From Octopus vulgaris (taxonomy: Eukaryota), in assembly GCA_951406725.2 (NCBI GenBank), contig OX597818.1, positions 4,402,001-4,466,000 of the forward strand: a DNA stretch of 64,000 nt, written 5' to 3'. The position numbers and the translations under genes are program-made. Position 1 is the first letter of the stretch. Each line of letters starts with the position of its first letter. The notes under the pieces were generated by a model, which searched no databases, was not told the DNA's origin, and was given only the letters and a program-made list of their open reading frames with translations. Positions 1-15,826 of this stretch are shown piece by piece.

Positions 1-500
1 CTAACTAACCCTAACTCTAATCCTAAATCTAAAATAGATTGAAATGCAATAGATCGATACTAGGGTTATAATTATGGGTGACAATTTCATACGACACCGC
101 TATAAAAAACTTAGCTGTGTCGTATGAAATTGTCACCCATAATTATAACCCTAGTATCGATCTATTGCATTTCAATCTATTTTAGAGTTAGGGTGGGTTA
201 GGGGTGGGGGAAGGGTATCTTTTTTTCTTCACAAATGTAAATAAACCCAATCTGTTTCTTAAAGGAGGGACATATTCATTATGCACAGAATTTTATTTAC
301 GTCAATGGAGGTAATTGATTGGTTAAAATTGCTGAAATGCAAGAAATTTTAGACGAAATATGTTACAACCTATAGAATTTTCTCAGTAAAGCCAAGAGAA
401 AATGATGTTTTATAAACACATTCTACCAGTATACGAAGTTTAAAATTTTTTAGTTACCTAGAAATTATGTTACAAACTGCCGTTCAAAAGGAAAAGATCC
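1..500. mobile_element. Non-autonomous TIR DNA element, left end outside the window, with a central palindrome (29-185) and telomere-like flanks
   Basis: About 74-bp inverted arms at 29-102 and 111-185. The right terminus ...AAAAGGAAAAGATCC (500) and subterminal ACACATTCTACCAGTATACGAAG resemble the element at 38315-39202. Confidence 0.6.
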
Positions 501-942
501 AAAAGTTTATAGATAGTGTGAAAGGAATAATAATAACAATAATACATATAGGAGCCCAGGAAATGAGGCAGGAGGAAATGATTCACACATTTTATGTAAT
601 TTCAAATTTTTCTGTTGTTGCAGTTTCATTCCATGAAACTTTTTTTTGTCTCTTAAACACACTGTGTAATCTCTGTTTTCATTTCATTAATTTCATTCCT
701 TGTTATGGTTCACCTTAGGATTTAGACATGTTTCTCATTCAGAAATAATAGCTAAAAATATTGAAGAGGATCTTGTTGATGTGAAATTCTTCATTTCATT
801 CTTATATCTAATTTTAGGTTTATCTAAATTTAGTAATCAATGTTTTACCATTTTTGGTATCTAGGATCATTGGATTTAATCGAACACTGATCCTTTAATC
901 ACTTTCTTGATGAGTGTCTGGAACTTTTAAATTTATATTTAG

Positions 943-1134
<192 letters not shown>

Positions 1135-1137
1135 TAA

Positions 1138-4100
1138 CTCTTGCTGGATTATTATATTTATATGCTGGATGCATTAGCTTATGTTTGTTTTTGCCCAGTA
1201 TCTTTTCATGTATATGAATAACAATATTGTTGTTTGCACAAATTTAAGGATGCTGTAGTCTAAGAGGTCTTCAGTTTTAATTCTTAACGTCATAAACCAC
1301 TCCAATCTGCGGTAGACACTCATTCATGAACCACCTGAAAACGAGCCTTGTCATTAGGTACACAAACTGGTTGCACAGGATATGACCCATAACATTAAAG
1401 TTGCACCTACGCACAGAAAGCTTTGTAAAAGCTTGATTTCTGCTTTACCCTGGCCATACTTGTTTTGGTTGTGCTTTGAGATCATTTTTCAATATTTTTT
1501 ACAAATTTATTTTGGGCAAGTTTGTTGTGAAAATGGTTGATGCTGCGTCTGATAGCAATTCTTCATTTAGCAATTTTGTTAGTCATGATTGAGGAGAATG
1601 TACAAGTGATGTATCTGTGTCGTCAGTGTATACAAGTGATCTTTTGGATTTCAGTGAGGCAGAAATTTCAGACTTGTCAAGTTCAGATGATTTGGATTAT
1701 GATGATTTGGAGTAGACTGGCATTATCAGAGGCACCATAATGGGTACGTTTAATGAAGCTAGTGGGTCTACAAGACCTCTGTCAGTGACAGCAGAACCAA
1801 TTGATTACTTTATTCAATTGTTTCCAATTACAATGTCTGAGGGATCAGTTGAGCTGACAAGCTTGAATGCTAGTTAGAAGAACAATGAAAACTTTACAAT
1901 CAGTGTGGCTGAAATGAAAGCGAATGTGGGAATTTTATTTCTTGTGGGGATTGTGCGACTACCTAGTTATAGGCAGTAGTGGGGTAAAGATGAAGTCTTC
2001 CACCAGCAGTCTATTGCCAAGGTGATGACTGTAAATAGGTATTGTAGCAAGTCTTAATAAACTGTTATCGGCAGTGATATGACATCATGGTCATGTTGGC
2101 CAAATAGGTATAATTATTAATTTCCCATTAGTTAAAATTACTGTTCATATTTGAATTCTAACTTTCATCAAAGAGAAATCTTTCATGAAATACAGTTCTT
2201 AGAATTCAGATATCAGCAGTTATAAAAACCCTGATTTTTGGGAAATAAATCAGTGTTCGTTGGTTGTCACTTGATTCCATGACACTCACTTTCCTGAGAT
2301 TTGTTATTATGATGCTAAGTCTTTTGTCTAACTCAACAAGGCTATTTTGAATTGTTGTTTAAAACTCTTTGTAGCTTAGTTATGAAAGAATTAGATAATA
2401 CATGTAAACATTAACCATACAATTTTTATGTCATAACTCTCTATGACAGTCTCTTTTTTTTACTTATAAAAATGTACTGCAAATATCAAGTGTACGTAAA
2501 TAAATTAATTTAGTAAATGATTTCTTTATCTTCCTTTCTTTAACCTGTTGATGAAATTTATTTCTGTAACTATTGAAACTGTATAGCAGTGAAAAAGAGT
2601 GAGCTTGTTTATATTCAATATACATGCATGTTCAGCATCCTGGTGTATATAATTCACCACAGTGTTTATGTAGTCTGAGCTAGAATTTATGTAAGGTGAT
2701 AAAATACTTATAATTAAGTTATAAGTGATGGATTTACCACAGATTCCTGCTAAAGAAATATTTATATTCATTATATTTTCAAGTTGAACACATTATAAAC
2801 AGATTAAATGATCTAATTGTTATTGGTAATTTTCCACTGTTATAAATTGCCACTCATCATTCTTCTCAATACACACACTGTTATAAATTTGGTGACCCTT
2901 GTGAAAAATATTAAAAAAGATGAAAATAGATGACAGTTTCATTATACAAAATTTTATAAACAGAAATATTTGATATTAAAGGTTGAAGGAAGAAAGAATG
3001 CTGAAGAAATAAAACAATAATAGTCGTAAAAAGTTTTAGCTGCACTTTCTAGCAAGCTAAATTTATACTTCATAGCTGTTGAAAGCATTATTTCACTAAG
3101 GGAAAAATTTTCTTTTTGTAAATTTTAATACATTTGAATGGAAGAAAATATTAAAGAGTTTGAAATGTCTTATTTCAATAGAGGGTATATGCAAACTTCT
3201 GTGATAGTTTTGCCTCCTCCTTGGACAGGAGACACCATTATTTGGTTTGCTCAATTAGAAGCAAGTTTTGCAGCAAACAGAATAACAGAGGCATAAAAAT
3301 ATAACATTATGTTAAGCAACTTACCACCACCTGTGAGCAATGAAATTAGAGACTTATTAATAGATCCTACTGACCCATTTTCGTATTCTTCTGTGAAAGA
3401 AGAGATGCTAAAGAGAACTTCCAACTCCAAGCAAAAAGAATTCGCCAAGTTGTTCAATAACGAACAAGGTGACAGAAAACCTACTCAACTTTTTTGTAGA
3501 ATGAAAGAACTTCTCGGGAATCAACAGATAGAAGAGTCTTATCTTAAAGAAGTTTTCTTTGGTAAGTTGCCTCATAGAACTCAAACTCTACTTTCAGCGG
3601 TGAAAGAGCAAAACTCTCTCAAGCAGCAGATTTAGCAGATGGTATATTGGAATTATCATCTAGAAAGTCTGTTAATGCTTTACCATCCATTTCTTCAGAA
3701 TTACAGAAGATGAAAGAAACTTACGAAAAACAATTAAAATTATTAACAGACAAAATTGAAAGTTTTCAACTTAGAAGAGATAAGCGTTCTCATAACAGAA
3801 ATAAGGCAAGATGGCGTGGATGATCAAAAAGTCCCAGAAGAAATGCTATATGCTGGTACCATTCAAAATTTAGTGTCAAATCTTATTGTTGTATTAAACC
3901 ATGCTCATTTGATTTTCTGAACAAAGAAAAAGCTGGGAAACTTCTCAACCACAGATTAGACACAATGAAATCCGTGGACAACTTCATAAAAAGTCACATA
4001 TTCTTCATATTTGACTCTAACTCCAAACAAAGATTCTTAGTTGATACAGGAGTGGCTTGTTCAATTTGGCATGCTAAAATTTATAACAGAGAAGCCTAAA

Positions 4101-6269
4101 CCTGCTTATTTGACCCTACAAGCAGTGAAGAATCAGTCTGACATCCAAACATTTGGAGAAATTAGTTTAACTCTAGATTTATATTTAAGAAGAGAATATA
4201 AGTGGATTTCTTTGTAGCTTAGCTATGAAAGATTTCTCTTTGACGAAAGTTAGAATTCAAATATGGGTAGTAATTTTAACCAATGGGAAACTAATAATTA
4301 TACCTATGTGGCCAACATGACCATGACGTCAAATCACCGCCGATAAAGGTTTATTAAGACTTGCTACAGTATGAAGAAATTACGAAATACTTTCATGCCA
4401 ATGATTTTACCCAAAACTCACCAAGGGGAAACCCTTGACAAACTCCACAAGGTGCACCCCATCATCAACAATGCCAAGAAGCAGTTTTCAAGGTATTACA
4501 AGCCACATAGAAACATGGCAGTGGATGAAGCAATGGTGAATTTCAAGGGAAGATGCTTGTTTCTTCAGTATATTCCATCAAAGCTGTACAAACGGGGAAT
4601 AGAGGCCTGGGCAATGTGACTGCGAGTTGTTTTACCTTGTGGACTTTGGCATGTACACAGGAAAAGAAATTATGTCTGAAGACAACCTGCTTCTTGGTAC
4701 TAGAGTAGTGAGAAAACTCGTGCCCCCATACTACAAGAAATAGCATTACAGCTATTTTGACAACTTATTCACCTCCATGGATTTGATGGAAGGTCTTTTG
4801 AAGAAAAATAATCTACTCCTATGGCACAATCAGAAGCAACTGATGTGGCATACCTGTGACCATATATACCAGAAACCCATTGCAATCCAAGAATACAGCA
4901 CAAACTACAATGCTGTTGACAAAGACAATCAGCTGTGGTCCTACTATGGCATTGCTGTCAGTGCATGAAAATGGTGGAAGTACATGTTCTGGTTTTTCTG
5001 TAACATCACCATGATCAACACATACATTTTGCACAAGGAAGCACCAGGTGGGTCCCACCCTAAACTGCTGTCTCACCTGGCTTTTCATGTCAAGGTCACT
5101 AAGAGTCTCATCAACAACTTTTCATCCAGGAAAAGGGAGTCCCATACTGATGTTGAAGAACCCATCATATCATGAGCCAACAAAAATCCAGACCAAGAGA
5201 GGACTATGGAATTGTGTCTTGTGTTCAAAGGGCACAGTTCATACACCTGCTGGTAACAAAATCCAGACCTCATGGGAATGCAAATGTTGTGGAGTAGCAC
5301 TTTGCAAAGGCAGTGGATGTTTTGCCACATTCCACAATTACCAACTATAGTTTTGTTTCCTTATGGATGCATTTCAAAGGAACGAGGCTCACCTGTGCTC
5401 CCTTGTAACGATGTCACAGACAGTAACAAGGACAACAAGCCAAAACTCACTCAGTACATGTTTGTGTAGCAGAACTTTTGTGTGTTGTACAGTAAACATT
5501 CATTATTCATAAAGTGACTGTGACTTTGAAAGTGGCTCAAGTATGATTCTCAAGCTATGGATTACTTACCTGTTTGCACCTTTTATTGGAATACTAATTT
5601 TGCATTCAAGCATCATATAGGTCAGTAAATATTTTTGTTGTTGCTGTTGTTTGTTCATCAGTGCTGTTTATTTTACTAGCAATTATTTTACTAGTTTATT
5701 AAATTTTCATACTAATTACAGGTAAAATAAACAAATCCATCAACATATGGCAATGACAATAAAAATAATACTCTCAACATGGATAACAATCATATCCTTG
5801 AATAATTCAAAAATATCATTGAAATCTATCCATTAGAAGAAAAGTTATTATATTCTAAACATACCCACCTGTTTTTAGTCTCTTTTTGCCAAATCCTTCT
5901 ATGAAGAAGGAGTTAAAACATAGAGAACTGTACATGAGAGTAAGAGTTAAAATAACAAAGTTACTCACTAATCCCAGTATTATTGCAGAGCAATTCATTT
6001 TGAAAAAAAGTCTCTCTAATGAAACTAAAAACAGGGAATCTTTATTCAAAAATCGTTTCCTTTTTATATTGATTTCTGTTCTTGTGGCAACAACAGACAG
6101 AAATAATTTTCCAATTAAAATTGCTACCAGGTAAAAATATTATCTTCATCTATATCCATAGATTACTACAGATTTATTGGAAATCTTATTGGTTATTGTG
6201 AAATATATATAGTATATTATATGTTGCTGGTTAGAATTTGAGCAGTTGAAGGTCAGTTACTAGAAAGAG
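1138..6269 (+). mobile_element. Decayed piggyBac (PGBD4-like) transposon, interrupted by the 2043-4368 insertion
   Basis: Transposase motifs EMKANVGILFLVGIVRLPSY (~1910-1970), VDEAMVNFKGR (~4520), YFDNLFTS (~4752), YNAVDKDNQL (~4905) and the C-terminal Cys-rich domain CVLC...CKCCGVALC...CFATFH (5048-5350). Candidate TTAA at 1134-1137 and 6270-6273 with weak TIRs, so the ends are tentative. Confidence 0.8.
2043..4368 (+). mobile_element. CsRN1-type Gypsy derivative (LTR-like 5' region, PBS, gag, protease) bounded by 144-bp inverted repeats
   Basis: TG...CA ends and GTAT TSD (2039-2042, 4369-4372). IR 2043-2186 versus 4225-4368. TATA 2221, AATAAA 2244, PBS TGGTGACCC 2890-2898. Gag WFAQLEASF and CWYH-x9-C-x3-C (~3850-3905); protease FLVDTG (~4035). 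Confidence 0.88.
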
Positions 6270-7118
6270 TTAATGTTTTAAAACTCTATTAAGCATTCCC
6301 TAGAGATTTTATTAAAACAAAATTAAAAACATGCTTTATTCAGCTTTAAGGAATCTGAAATGCAATAAGTCATATACTCTTTGAGTGAGAGCTATACTTT
6401 ATCTTAATCATTCCCATTTTTCCTTTTGGTGTTGATTAAGGTGTATTTGTTGTTGTTATTAAATCCGTGATGAAATATTGGTTGTAGAATATTTATCTTC
6501 ACTGTATGTATTTGGTATTTTAGGTTTATTCTATCTGATAATATTTGTGTGATTGCAACCTCTATTACATTAGGAGGAATGTATAAGTAGAAAAATAGAT
6601 TAACTTGTAACATACTGTTGAGAATTTTGTAAATCAAAAGCTCAGTCTTACAGTCTTGACCAGAAATTACATAAATAATAGGTTTATTTAAATGCTAATA
6701 ATGTCTTTCTGTACTTGTAAAAATTGATAGTATTGCAAAAAAGGCTTAATTTTTTAAATATAAATGGTCATTTGTACTAAAAATAATGTTGTGCATGTTA
6801 GCTGTTAATTAACTCTATTGATATGAATCTGTTTGAGACTGCTCCTGGTTCTATGATACAAACTTATTGTTATAAGCTAATTTAAATTGAAACATTCTAT
6901 CAAAATTTCATGTTAATTTATCTTCTAAATAGTGATAGTTATTTTACTAAATTCTTCATTATTTTCAGAATTAATTGAAATGAAAGTTGTGTATTTCACA
7001 AGAAATATAGTAGAAACTGGGTTAGTTACATGAAACAGACACACTAAAAAAAGATAATGTAAAGAAAAATGCTAGTTATATAAATCAAATGCAATTTAAA
7101 AAATATGGATTTATCTCA

Positions 7119-8981
7119 CCTTGCAGCCACCAATGAAGCAAATAGTGGAGTATCTTCAAAGAAAGATATGATATATATGAAACAGTTCAACAAAGTGTAA
7201 AACACAGTTTCTTTTTGATGGTGTAGTATAAGAGTTTAGTATGGCCCTCATCATTTCTCACAGAGTTGATGGAAAATTCAATCAGACAAGAGATTGGACT
7301 TCAATTTGTTCACAGTCTTGATAACTAAGTGTAGCACATCATTCAACCTACCGTTCATATTTTTTGTCACTAAATGCTGCCAGTATGCCAAGCAATGAAC
7401 AATTAGTATCTGGTAGGAAATTTCACACTTTAAGAGAAATGAAAACCTCTGTATCTTCCTATCATTGAAGGGGCTCCATCAGAAGCACAGGCTAGAATAT
7501 TACTGAGTGGGATATTATGTTCAAAAAGTAAAGACTTGAGAGTGTGAAAAATAGTTGCACCTCTTAAAATCAAGTGGCAATTTCTCTGTGAACAGCCTTT
7601 CCTCACAAGGTTGAAGTACTGAACATATACCATCATCAAATATGTATTGACAACAACAGTTGACTCATCCACTTGTATGGGAAATCCAGAACGCTGGAAA
7701 ATACTAACGAGCTGATGTTTGACATCGTTGACCATTTCATCGATGCTTCAAGAAATTGTGTTATTACTAAATGGGATCTTCATAATGTTATCGGGTTTTA
7801 GGTACATAACGGTTGACAAAATTTCTTTGATAAGTGGGTGAAGTAATGTTTCTCCAGTTGTATGAAACTTCCTAGACTTAGCAACAAGCAATGCAATATT
7901 GTATGATGCAATGAACCCGTCATTCTCCTGTTTATTAGTTTACTGGAGTAGCATGTTGAATGTTTGTATTTACTTTTTGAAAGTGGAGTTCATTTGCAAG
8001 ATGTATGATAATGGCTTGTCCTTCTTGTCAGAATGCTTTGCATCAAAGTGATACTTCAGGCGTGAAGGTTTCATTGCTTTGTTGGTCAATGTCTGATGGC
8101 AAAGATGGCACATTGGTAACTGACAGTTTTGAGGAGAGGGAATAAATCCAAATGATAAATAATCACTACTGTACTGTTGAAAAATTTTCTTGACTGGCGG
8201 CATCAATAAAGTGAAAATGTGAAAACAAATTTTTACAGATGGTGTCAGAAAGGCAGTATGGTATTCCCAAAGAGAAGAAGTCAATAGGGCAGAGTCAGGT
8301 GACACGTCTTTACTAGAGCAAATATGGATCTAGATTGTTTGGCTGCCAGCATTTCAAAAATTAAAGTTTATAGAAAATTTTGAAATTTGGCACATTAATG
8401 TACCTTTCCAAGCTAAATTACTGGAGTTGTTCAACTTTCGCCAGAAAAATGTTTTAAAAAAGTTATAGAGGTTTAAAGTTTGATCATTTTCACCCAGTCA
8501 AGAAACACGATTTCAAAGCTGTCATTTTGTGCGTGACTGTACATTTTGTCAACATCCTGAAAATAGCATTTGTGTTTTGATACGAAACCACAGAATTAAG
8601 CACAACATATAACCCCTCATAACTTTTTTATTTTTTGGAGTTTTCAGGAAATTTTTGCGAATTTGAATTCTACACATGGGACTTCATATAATTATGCCAA
8701 AAAAAGTTTGTAGTGGAGTGATTTAAGGCGTAGGCCTATTTGACTGCTATTTTTAGCACATATGACAACCATCTCAATGACTGCGACAAAAATATTTGTT
8801 CGATAAACAAGTTTGCATTTTTAATACAAAGGGATGTCTCATGTGAGTGCATCCTTATTCTAGGCACACCTAGATATCAGTAAATGCACACTTAATTTCT
8901 AAAAATTCATTGTCACTCAACAAATGTTCATATCGCCTGCCGAAATCTCTAATCGCCCATCATCCACTTTGGGAAGCTGTG
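7119..8981 (-). mobile_element. Decayed hAT Buster/Charlie (ZBED5/SCAND3-like) transposon
   Basis: BED finger YLSFGF...CHLC...MKPSRLKYHFDAKH (ORF 7970-8305); IQVDEST and ASDGAPSMIG (ORF 7430-7735). Terminus rc CACAGCTTCCCAAAGTGG at ~8981. An unrelated repeat appears inserted at ~8340-8760. Confidence 0.8.
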
Positions 8982-9010
8982 TTGTACCGGATCATTATAG
9001 AGATAATTAA

Positions 9011-9400
<390 letters not shown>

Positions 9401-9634
9401 TGACAGTGTAGAATAATATATATTTTCATGCAAAAGTAGAATTGAATTATAGTGTTTTTTTCCCCTTCATTTTCTAGTCAATGTATTGTGCATAAGTTTT
9501 GTTTTGATAATTTAATATGTAGGGGAAGAACAAAAAACATTCCATGCTGTGTAAATCAGGAATCACTACCAGTATAGTCTGTACATTTACAGTAACCTGG
9601 GAGAAGTGATAGTGACCTTGATGTCTGCTAATAG

Positions 9635-9826
<192 letters not shown>

Positions 9827-10910
9827 TGAGTGTCAAATATTAGTATTGTATTATATATCTTAGCTTATGTTAAATGTGAATCTAATTATGATAAACAGTT
9901 GATGGAAAATGATTTTTTAAAACCAATCACTTTGAAATTAATGTTATTTCATTAGTATTGTATGTTGTTTATATTATATGTATCATAAAGTGATGTTAAA
10001 CTAAAGAAAAATTTGAGAGTTCTAAGAACACAACTTAGCAAATGAATGATCACAGTTGTTAAGAGGGCCTCTGACACCTTTGTTTGACTTGCCGCAAGCA
10101 AGTTCCCCTTTAAACATCCCATTCTATTTGACAAAAAAAAAGGAAAGGACGTATCATCATCATCATTTACCGTCTGTTGTCCATGCTGGCGTGGATTGGA
10201 CTCATTTGATAAATATAGTTTTAGACACTGTCTGAGAAAGAATGGGATGGTTACACATGGAATGTCTGTTCAGAGTTCTGCTAGATCAGAAGTGACCTAG
10301 ACCTAAATAACAGTTAGGAGGTGGTGGTAAGGGAATGAAACCATTAAATGTTTACTTCAGTACTTCTATTACCTTTCACTATATAATATTATTACATTTC
10401 AGAATCTGCTTGTGTACATTCAAATTTTATGAAAACATTTGATTGTACTGCAGAAATGCTTCTTGCTTAAAATCACTTCCAGTTCATTTCTGAGTCCTGG
10501 AACCCTCCAAATAGAAGATCTTTGATCTTTATTTTATCAACACAGAAAGATATAATTATTCCTTAGAAAATAGAAAATAATGTATTTATGCACAAACATT
10601 AATGGGAAAACAGATAGACACATACAACTTAACTTATGAAGTGTACTGGCCAAGATTAGGAATGGTTCCTCCAATGGCCTTCTACCCTCTGTCTACTGAA
10701 TGTCACTCTCAATGTTTTGATCAATCTAAGACTATGGTTGACAACTCTTGCTCAAAGTTCCAGGCAATGCAAAATTCACAGCTATGGCTGACTGAAGACT
10801 TTTTAGTATATCACTTAACGGTAAATGCTTTGATTTGTTATCTGTTTCAGTTTGTTAGCCACATCAAAAAAAGAAAAGTACGATGTCTTGGGATCATATT
10901 TTAAAGATTT

Positions 10911-11047
10911 GTAGCTTGCTAACCAGCCACATGGTTCTGGGTTCAGTCCCACTGCATGGCATCTTGGGCAAATGTCTTCTGCTATAGCCCCGGGCCGACC
11001 AATGCCTTGTGAGTGGATTTGGTAGACGGAAACTGAAAGAAGCCTGT

Positions 11048-11110
<63 letters not shown>

Positions 11111-11320
11111 ATGTATATGTTTGTGTGTCTGTGTTTGTCCCTCTAGCATTGCTTGACAACTGATGCTGGTGTGTTTACGTCCCCGTCACTTAGCGGTTCG
11201 GCAAAAGAGACCGATAGAATAAGTACTGGGCTTACAAAGAATAAGTCCTGGGGTCGATTTGCTCGACTAAAGGCGGTGCTCCAGCATAGCCGCAGTCAAA
11301 TGACTGAAACAAGTAAAAGA
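10911..11320 (+). mobile_element. tRNA-derived SINE, family A (internal (TA)n), slightly 5'-truncated
   Basis: B-box-like GGGTTCAGTCCC, body TTGGGCAAATGTCTTCT, tail ...ATGACTGAAACAAGTAAAAGA. Near-identical copies occur elsewhere in the window. Confidence 0.85.
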
Positions 11321-11379
11321 ATATATATTAGAAAGATATTAAAGATATTTTAAAGATATATTAGGAATTTCATTTCTGA

Positions 11380-11598
<219 letters not shown>

Positions 11599-14177
11599 TA
11601 AAATTTAATAATACGAAATCTGAATGCGGCTAAAATACCACCACAAAATAACCATATACAATTTCTGGTTAAAGCTATTTTACTGGAGTCACTAATATTT
11701 TCAAGGAAAGTCATAAACTTTTAATTTTCTTTCTCATAATTCTATATTACAAACAATTTTATGATTTAGAAATCATTACATTTATTCAAAAGACATGATG
11801 TTTCAGAAGTTATTAATTAGAGCAGTTGATATAGCCTATTATAATAGCTATCACTATGAAGTTTTGAAAATATTTAAATGTAATTTCTACTTGGTTGTAT
11901 TTTACACCATTTGTCTACAGTGAGAAATTTTCTCCATGACAAAACACAGTGACTGACTTGTTTACAAGTCTGAACATGCTCCTGGCATATTTGAACTGGT
12001 ATTAACATTGTAATTTTTGCTGTATTTTTTGTTTGAGAGCATCTAAAGAGAAACATTTTGAAACATCATTTGTGAAATTTGGATGAATATTTTAGGAAAT
12101 ATGACAATTTCAGTAGTTAGCAAATTGTTTGAAATCTTGCCTAATTGGCCTAAATGAATAATTAGCCATATTTGTGATGTCATATCTTTGAAACTGAGGT
12201 GATAATCATCTTCAAGTTACATAAATTAATAGTGACCATGGTATAGCAGTTGCCTAACTTTTTTTTAGGTTCTTGGAAAGAATTTTTTGTTTGGCAATTT
12301 TTTAGATATTTATGTAAAGCTTATTTTGTTACATGCAACAAATGGTTGATTTTGCAGCGTTTTAAGACCTAGCCAAATCCAAAAACACAGGCCACAGAAA
12401 CTTGAGTTTTGGCATATTTGTAATAGGTATGGAGGTAAAAAAAAATCATGAGATTTTGGGAATTGACACCATTTCAATAAAATGTTAATGAACTATTAAA
12501 AATGGCAATAAATAGTTGAATTTCAGATTAGGATGTCCACATAAGTTGGATTTTCCCAATTGTTTTGCATCATGATCTTGGAAATGATGGGGGTAAAGCT
12601 TTTTATAAAAATTTTTTTTTAAAATTTAGGATTCCCCCTTCCTCTCTCCTCCCACCCACCTGGACCAATTTTGGTCAATTTTGTTTGTACTATACTCTTA
12701 AAAAACGATGAGAGAAGCCTTTTTGGTTAAGAAAGAAAAAAAAAATTGAAAATATTTTCAAATGGAATGGTGTGTGGTTTAAGGGAGATTTAGCTGGTGT
12801 TTCTAGCACATCCTACGACCACCTAATATGTTTCTCAGAATTGCATGTAGACCTAGATTAAAAAACAAACAAAATGTGAAATCTAATTCCTTGCTTTAAA
12901 AATATAAAGACATTAAAAACATCTGTAGTTTATAGCAAACTTGTTAGTTGGAGAGAGACCCCCACCCCCACAAATATGTAAACACTAACACAAATTATCC
13001 TGACTGTATTCAAAATCAAAAAAAATCGCATCTGACTTTAATAGTGTACAAAATTATATTCATTGCATAATATAATTTTTATTGGCAGAATTTGACCAAT
13101 ATTTCTCAAAGAAAGACGAAATTTACATGTACAAGAATATCTTGCTAGGTTTACCCATCCAGCCCTCCATGTGTTAAAACAACGAGAGGAAATAAACATT
13201 CTCAATACAATGATTCCATGCTAAGTTTGGGCTCTAGAAGACTTATTAAACTCAATTTAGCCTTGGATTTGTATTCCATTTGACCTCTTGTCATATGCAA
13301 ATATGTTAGTTTTGGGAAGTATATCAGTATACCACCCTTTTTGTCGGCTTTGCTTTTTTTTGCCATATGATGGCTAGATTTAACAATGACCATATTGAAT
13401 TTGTGAGAAATTTTTTCCCTTATGATATAAAGATCTTGAAAAAAAAAGTCTACACTTTTCAAAGTGAAAATTAATGATAAAAATCTTCACTTTTATATTC
13501 CATAACAATTATCTGACCTACCCCCATGGATTTTTATATCATAATAAAGCAAAAACATTTGTCTTCATGATTTTCAGATATTTATGGTAGAAGATATAGA
13601 TGTTTAATTTTGGTGTGAGGTTCCAGGACAATGGAGATAAATAGATGGATAGTCAGACAGACAGACAGATAGGTAGAGAGCAGGAGGGGGAGGGATTTCT
13701 TTTCAATTTGAAATTTTTTTACCATTTATTTATTTAGTTAGTTTTTTCCCCTGTTGTATAGTTACTGGCATGAGACATGAGTTCAAGGATGGGGAAAACA
13801 ATGAAAATAGAATGGGGTACAGTCATCATTAAAAGCATTTTTTCCCCTTAAAGTGCCAAGCAAAAGACAAAACAAAAATGATAGTTTTCAGTATGCTGGT
13901 CAGTATGTTGGCCACAGGAATTTCTGTCAAATAGACATGGTTTAACAAAGTTGTACATCATCTCACTCTTTCTCTCTCTTATTGTTACTTCCACTACCAC
14001 CCTCCCTGTCTTTTTCTTTCTCTCTCTCTCTCTGTCTTCACCACTGCCCTCGCTGTCTCTATGTCTACTATTACTCTTACCCCATCATGAGGAATTGTAG
14101 GAGTGTCATTGAATAGTGAAAGAGGGGATTAATGTGTGACACACAGAAATTAGTTATAATATTAGATGATGACATGA

Positions 14178-14846
<669 letters not shown>

Positions 14847-15661
14847 TATATATATATAGTAAATCTAAAAAAAGAACAACAACAAACAAAAAACAACAAC
14901 ACGAGGTCGAGGTACTGGTAAAGTATTAGCAGATGTTCTGGGAAGGAAAGAAAGATGGCTTAACATTTCGAGCAATGCTCTTTAGAAACAGAGGAAAGTC
15001 CAATAGAAAGGAAGGCAGAGGAAGAAAATCACTGACAATTCACATGTGGTTACATTTTGAAATGCATATATAAATCACATATACTTATATATATATGTGT
15101 GTGTGTGTGTGATTTATTAGAAATGAAAGTAATCCCTTGCTTAGAAGAATATGAAACATAGTTTATGTTATGCTCCAGTTGCATAATACATGAATAAACA
15201 AATTTTTGAGCTAATTTCATCTTTATACTAAAATATTTATCTTTTATGCTTTTATCAGTCTTTGGACTGTAGTCATGCCAGACTTTTAGAATTTTAATTG
15301 AAAGAGAATCTCTAAAATAAATCAATTCTTGGTTCGTATAGAGGGGCATTTTTGTTTGATGGACAAATTTATCAGCTATCCTTCACTGATACATACATAC
15401 TTACATAACTCTTACATAATTTCTGTCTATTAAATTTCATTTAGAAGCCTGTGGTAGAAGGCACTAGCCCACAGGCTGCACAGTAGGATGGAACCTAAAG
15501 CTCCATGGTTGTAAAGCAAATTTCTTAACCACATAGCCATCAGATTCCAGATTTCCTACAGATCTAAATTAGAATTATTTGCAGTGGTTTATATTTCAAT
15601 ACAGCCTTGAAAAAGAAAATTTCTGTTATGAATCTGAATCTTTGTTTTCAATTTTTTATAG

Positions 15662-15826
<165 letters not shown>

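Noticed and set aside
1-210. Telomere at the window start
   Set aside because: Only a few degenerate CCCTAA/TTAGGG units flanking a palindrome, inside a RUVBL2 intron.
2043-4368. Autonomous Ginger DNA transposon
   Set aside because: TIRs and the 4-bp TSD fit, but the interior is gag-protease with a PBS and no integrase or transposase.
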